In this document: positions 55,080-64,000 of the stretch, piece by piece
Numbering within the stretch: position 1 is the first letter of the stretch
Layout: each line of letters begins with the position of its first letter
Assembly: GCA_964035545.1 (NCBI GenBank)
Contig: OZ037767.1
Location: forward strand, 5,596,707 to 5,660,706
DNA: 64,000 bases
Direction: 5' to 3'
Source of the DNA: Bugula neritina
Taxonomy: Eukaryota; Animalia; Bryozoa
Translations under genes and position numbers: made by a program
The notes under the pieces: generated by a model
What the model saw: only the letters and a program-made list of their open reading frames with translations
What the model was told of the DNA's origin: nothing
Databases searched by the model: none

Positions 55080-56189
55080 CTAGTAGTCGGCCAAAGCATC
55101 TTTTAGTTGTCTTTCGTAGTTTCTGTTCTGTATATTGGTTATGGTGGCACTACATGTACCGGTTCTCCTTCCCTCTGGTATCTCACAATACCCTGCACCA
55201 TAAGTGTCCCCGCAGCATTCTCTGTGTTCCCGGCACTGCATAATCATCATCAACTCATTAAAGCAGTAATTGTTTTAAATTAGTAATGTTTTAGTTTTAT
55301 AACCTTGTTAGTAATTGAAATGTATCAAAAATAGTAATTAGATGCCAAATATGGTCCAATTTTTAAAATCTTGCCTTAATAATGTTTTTGAAGTTATGAG
55401 TTTACATCATATTTCATATATAGGCTAAGATACAAATTCAACATAAGAGAGAGAAAGAATGAATGTAGTTGCACTACTGTAAACCTATAATTCAAAGTAT
55501 GGCATAGCTTGTGTAATTTAAGAACAAAATATTTTAGCTATCAAACTATAAAAACTTACATGAGAGTTTTCTGGCTTACATCTGAAACCATTATTAGGAG
55601 GGGTGCAGTAACTCCCTATACACTTTCCTCGGCAACATGTTACATCTATCACACACTGGAAATATTGACGATATTTAATTTCATTTTGAGATGTATAATT
55701 TCAAGTTACTTTAAACCAAAGATAACTAATATTTTCCAACCTGCAAATCAAATTCTAACTATTTCTTCTCTGTAGAGACTTATACAATATAATATGAAAA
55801 GCACTTTATTTCAAATTGAGGCATAAGCACAATCATTTACTCCTTCTACACAAATATTATCAACTTTCAAAATGCTTTTAATAAAGTATCTGCATATATA
55901 CAAATAAATTTAATTTAGACAGAGTAAATTGGTTTTCTCACAAGTTTATCACTAATAATGATTAGCCAGTAATTTCATTCTCTTAGGTTCACTCAGATGC
56001 TTACATATAGCTGTCACACATACTTACTCTAGCACCGTAGTTTGCCGTGCATCTGTACTGATCTAGTTGAGAATCTCCAACCAGTAGTTGTAAGTCATCA
56101 TCATAGATATAAGAGGAAAAGGGTGAACTGCTCACTGTCACAGCAAACACAATCAGACAAGTGCAACAACTGAACATCAGCCGAGACAT
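55080..56189 (-). CDS. Secreted knottin (inhibitor cystine knot, C-C-CC-C-C) prepropeptide, 105 aa, toxin/defence-peptide-like
   Basis: Exon 1 is 56028-56189 (donor AGA|GTAAGT) and exon 2 is 55080-55235 (acceptor TGCAG|), joined in phase 0: MSRLMFSCCTCLIVFAVTVSS-SPFSSYIYDDDLQLLVGDSQLDQYR-CTANYGAR|CREHRECCGDTYGAGYCEIPEGRRTGTC-SATITNIQNRNYERQLKDALADY*. Confidence 0.85.
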
Positions 56190-56243
56190 TTTCGCAGTTA
56201 GACAAGTAAGTCTGCAATGTGACGCTTTTATGCAGACACCTAC

Positions 56244-56253
56244 CTTTATATAC
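56244..56253 (-). promoter_or_regulatory. TATA box of the knottin gene
   Basis: GTATATAAAG on the minus strand ~55-60 bp upstream of the ATG, which has a good context (GAAAATG). Confidence 0.6.
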
Positions 56254-58242
56254 AGTAGTTATTTTCCTTTGCTCATATTATAATTAGCCATAATTAGTCT
56301 TACATAATGTATACATGTATATTGATTTCTTTGTCAAGTGTGTACTTCAAAATAAGCATTTCTATTGCCTAAAGCAAAAATCACTGATGAGTTCCTGTTA
56401 ATATAGGCATAATATACGACACTAAATTGTTTTTCAAATCGGCAGTATGCCGGAATAACTTTGCGTGATCTTATTGGCTTGCTGAAAAATGATCCATATT
56501 GACCACATTGCAAGTTCTGTGACAGACAGCAGGTAGGTGCAGCAATGGAGAGATTAAGAACTACCTGTGTTCTAGGTTAGAAATGCAGCAAAAGAAGTTA
56601 TGTCATCGAGAGAAGTTCAACTTTCTCCTGAACCAAAATTGATAAAGGAAATTAGATTACCCTACTCCGTTTTGCACTACTGCATGCAGCTAACTGCAAA
56701 CAACCACCTGTTACCCTGAGAAAACTATTAGACTTCTGAAGCAGCACATAATTTCATTCAGTAGCTAAAATACTGCATGCTTTAAGCATCCGCTGTGTAT
56801 GAATAAATGCATATTAGGTATATGTAGATTATATGTATATTATAATGGAGTATTTCCAATAATTAGTTGCTTTATTTACTCTGTTACATAACATATATGA
56901 TGATTTTACTATGAGTCATTGTTTGGCAAAAGCTAATTGATATAAACATCACTGCTTCCTTTTGTGCTATCTTGAATAGTTGTAATTTGCTACAAGGCTA
57001 GTGTAAGCTACTCACCAGTTCGTTTAAACATAAAATAGGCATACTTTCTGAAAAGACTAAGGGTGCGTAACAATAGTTATCAATGCTGTTGTTCTTGAAG
57101 AGTTTTAATAAATGGTAAACTGACAGTAGTATAACATTTTCAGCCTGTTCATAAAATATGTTTACTAAAATTTACATTAAACATGAATTACCATTTAAAG
57201 TAAAATATATTCAAATCTGTTTTGAGGTACTAGTGATGCTCTAGAGTGGTTATTGATTCTAGTTAATCAATGGAATAATTTGTCATATAATACACTTTCT
57301 AAAAAATAATTTACTTCATAGTGCTATCATTTTACAGGATATGCGTAAACTTCACAATTACATCATTGCTGAGCATTATGGTTCTACAAATCAGCAGATC
57401 AAATATCGCTGACCAAAACTCGTAAATGTTTATAGAATTTAAAAGCTATGAGAAAATAGTTTGTCAATAAAAGTGTTGAATGAAACTGTATGTATATTTA
57501 GTCAAAAGATATTAGGGGCATTAGGAAATTTAGTCGCCACATATATCAGAGCAACAACCATCCCACAAAAGGATGCAAATAAAAGATTAGTAAAAGATTC
57601 TATAGAAGCATTTTAGGTAATTCGTTGATATTCTGTTTTTCTATGCAGTAAAAGATTTTAATTTAAAAATACACTATGCTAGCTAGAATTTGCAAATTTT
57701 ATTACTCTTCATAAAAAGTTGTAAGCAACAAAGAACTAAAATGCAATTTTTAAAATATGCTGTTGACAATTAATAATTGCCCCTTGAAGCAGTTATTCAT
57801 TTTGTAAAATATATAAGTATTTGACGAGTAGCTTTATATATGTAAAAGTTAGCTTGACTAACCCGATTTTGCTCAAAAAATGCAAACAATTGCTATTTTC
57901 TACTTCTCCCTCAATAAATTGTATTCATCAGGTGAAAAGCTAGAAAAGATTTTAACAGTCTGCAAAGCTACACCCATGTTCAGTGTATCATGTATGTATT
58001 CACTGTATATAATACCAACATTGATTTATAGGTATGCTATAAAAAGTATATTCACATTTTTCAATCACCTAACAAGCAGTTTTTATGAGATTGCGATTAG
58101 AAGTTTATTAGAAAGAACCAACAATGGTCAACCACAATCACAGCTATATCACAACATTATATAAACAACATTATTTTAATAAATAATACATTTGCAACAG
58201 CCTTCAGTGCCACTACAAGTGAAATATTTGGCTATTGAAGCC

Positions 58243-61961
<3,719 letters not shown>

Positions 61962-62002
61962 CTGAAACATAAGGATCAGGTGTGCAGTCAGGTATATAAT
62001 AC

Positions 62003-62180
62003 TCTCATACGAGCTTATAGTCACTATCCCTGTGAGAATCCCTGACGGAAAGGGTTCTTTAAAATATACTAAGGAGCTTTTCTACTGTAGAAAATCATGA
62101 CTAGATGCTCTTCCTAACATCAACACTGGTATTCAGACTCGAGCCACTGACTTCGTGTTCACTATGCCACGGCTGCTCCT
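62003..62180 (-). mobile_element. tRNA-derived SINE, copy 3 (internally deleted)
   Basis: ttatagtcactatccctgtgagaatccctgacggaaagggtt...gatgctcttcctaacatc...tgacttcgtgttcact...ctgctcc. Confidence 0.7.
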
Positions 62181-62250
62181 TGGTCATTTATATACTATAT
62201 TACTATAAAACTATTTTTATAAAAAAAAAACAAAAAGTAATAGAAAACAA

Positions 62251-62310
62251 GTCCTTGGCCTGCTAAGAAAAAAATTTTCCATCAGGGGTTCTAACAGGGA
62301 TGGTAACTAT
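62251..62310 (+). mobile_element. 3' fragment of the same SINE family in the opposite orientation, cut by the LTR element
   Basis: ccatcaggggttctaacagggatggtaactat is the reverse complement of the SINE segment atagtcactatccctgtgagaaccc.tgatgg. It stops exactly where the LTR begins. Confidence 0.6.
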
Positions 62311-63302
62311 TGTAGTAAAAAATATTATTAGAGCCATCGAGCAGTACACGTTGCGTCAAGTTGACGGCCCTCAATAACAATATTGTGAATATAGAGACTA
62401 GGTCAAGGTGATTTTTATCGGACTTGCAAGTTAAATCATTCTGGCAATAATTTAACTAACTCAAAGCTAGGTCAACTAATTTTGATATATTGTGATTGGT
62501 TGATACAAGTTGTAATGCTAATTTTATATTAAATTTGTTGAGTTTTATAACATTTTTGTATGTAAATAATTGGTTGTACTCCAAGACGTCCGTTTTGTGC
62601 TCCAAGACGTCCGTAATATGGATATAAATAGAGTTGTAATTTTTAGTAGCAGTCAGTCGACTGTTGCCTGTTGTAATGTTTATAATTGACTCTTATAAAT
62701 ATAATAAATTTTATTCTTTGCGAAATACTCTGCTCTTTGATTAGGTTGCTATTGAGTTGGCAATAGTGGTGGTTAGTTTCTATAGGTTTGTCAATGGTGA
62801 TTACTTGCGCTGCAATTCCTGTTGAATCTCGGTGATTCAAATCCCAGGAATCTGATTTCTGTCACTGTCTCTGACTACAGCTGCTGTGATATAAATCGGC
62901 GAACCATAGCCGTGTCCCTGTCACGCTCCAGCACTGTTACCGAACACCAGAAATCATTTTTCCACTGTAGTGACTCTCTTGCGTTGCAGAATTCCTGTCG
63001 AGTCTCTGCGATTCGAACATCAGGAATCAGATTTCTGTCACTGTCTCTGACTACAGTTGCTGTGATAAAAATCGGCGAACCATAGCCGTGTCCCTATCAC
63101 ACTTCAGCACTGTTACCGAACACCAGAAATCAATAGTCACTGGAAAATATTAAAATCACATTAGCAAATAATTTGGCAACAAACAGTATTAGATAGTTTA
63201 ATTAGTTTTCCGCACAAGGGAATTCTATTCCGACCCTCATTGTTAAGTGAGATTACTTACCGTCAATAGTGACACCTGGTGTCAGACACAAATTTACTTC
63301 AC

Positions 63303-63320
63303 TGGTGGCAGCGGTGGGAT
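63303..63320 (+). other. Primer-binding site complementary to the 3' end of tRNA-Leu
   Basis: TGGTGGCAGCGGTGGGAT is the reverse complement of ATCCCACCGCTGCCACCA and lies 1 nt after the LTR-terminal CA. Confidence 0.85.
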
Positions 63321-63355
63321 ATTTCTAGAGCAATACTAGACAACCCACTATAAAG

Positions 63356-64000
63356 ATGGCAGAAGAAGCTCTTCGTGAAGCCGCTGCAGGAATTCGAGAC
63401 ATGGCAAAGGAGGCTGCTACTATACTTAATCAACGGCAACATACTCGCCTACCACCCCCGTCATTTGATGGCACTACTGATGTGGACGAGTTCTTACGTA
63501 GGTTCGAACAAGTCCGAGTACTTAATAAGTGGGAGGATGCAGAAACTGAGCTACGTTTTGATATGGCTGTAACTGGTGCAGCAAAGCGCGGATTACCAGA
63601 GGGCACTTATAAACATCGTGCTGGTCAACTCCGAACCAGGTATCAACTCACAGAGCAAGGAGCCAGTCAGCTACTGAAGCAGGTCAGCTGGAACCCTAAA
63701 GAAAATATACACGAATTTGCCAACTATCTAAAAAGAATAATTCAGATGGCCATCCCAGAACTAGGTGAGGATGGTAGAATGAAGCGCACTATTAAAGAGC
63801 TAATAAATGCATTACCGGATGAGTATCAAACATTACGCTGGGAACTAAATCATCGCACACCAGAGACTGTGGAAGCCACCATAGACATCATCCACCAGTT
63901 TTCCCAACTACAAACAAACACAACCACAGTGCGTCAAGTGAAGAACGACAGTATGGTTGAGTTAGAAGCTCGGCTGGACCAATACATGGCACAGCAAAAT
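63356..64000 (+). CDS. gag: Retrotransposon Gag (capsid) protein, open for 215 codons to the window edge
   Basis: MAEEALREAAAGIRDMAKE...LPPPSFDGTTDVDEFLRRFEQVRVLNKWEDAE...WNPKENIHEFANYLKRIIQMAIPE...RTPETVEATID. The P.FDG/F..RFE/W and MHR-like E.I..FA..L motifs are typical of retrotransposon Gag. The ORF is absent from the track because it has no stop within the window. Confidence 0.85.
   Translation, partial: MAEEALREAAAGIRDMAKEAATILNQRQHTRLPPPSFDGTTDVDEFLRRFEQVRVLNKWEDAETELRFDMAVTGAAKRGLPEGTYKHRAGQLRTRYQLTEQGASQLLKQVSWNPKENIHEFANYLKRIIQMAIPELGEDGRMKRTIKELINALPDEYQTLRWELNHRTPETVEATIDIIHQFSQLQTNTTTVRQVKNDSMVELEARLDQYMAQQN

Larger units (their letters stand above)
62311..64000 (+). mobile_element. 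LTR retrotransposon (Gypsy/Metaviridae-like), 5' portion: LTR ~62311-63301, PBS, gag
   Basis: LTR ends TGTAGTAAA...TTTACTTCA form an imperfect inverted repeat. PBS TGGTGGCAGCGGTGGGAT at 63303-63320; TATA-like GATATAAATA at ~62621; gag ORF from 63356. Confidence 0.88.

Overview
AT-rich, intron-rich animal genomic DNA. It is probably from a lophotrochozoan invertebrate; a bryozoan-like origin is a guess from sequence style only. Splicing exons by hand gives seven host genes. (1) A 17-exon, ~949-aa IRF1/2-like transcription factor (minus, 1354-10614) with an unusual Cys-containing C-terminal domain. (2) RBM25 (plus, 13366-20616). (3) CENP-E/kinesin-7 (minus, 20983-44521), ending in the CAAX motif CKTQ and carrying six tandemly duplicated symmetric exons. 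(4) BLOC1S6/pallidin (plus, ~49128-51037). (5) PET117 (plus, 52066-52940). (6) A two-exon, 105-aa secreted precursor with a C-C-CC-C-C inhibitor-cystine-knot (toxin-like knottin) framework (minus, 55080-56189); its second exon is absent from the ORF track. (7) The 3' part of a WDY/EFCAB8-like WD40 gene (minus, 58243-61961+). Mobile DNA comprises two near-identical TTAA-flanked MITEs, a hAT MITE, a TAA-flanked PIF/Harbinger-like MITE, tRNA-derived SINE copies, and the 5' LTR, tRNA-Leu PBS and open gag of an LTR retrotransposon at the right edge. The top leads are the knottin precursor, the giant IRF with a possibly transposase-derived domain plus an ISRE cluster in its own 5' region, a candidate U1-sensing poison-exon module in an RBM25 intron, and the modular hendecad exon array in CENP-E. 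No database searches were run; family calls rest on recognised motifs.
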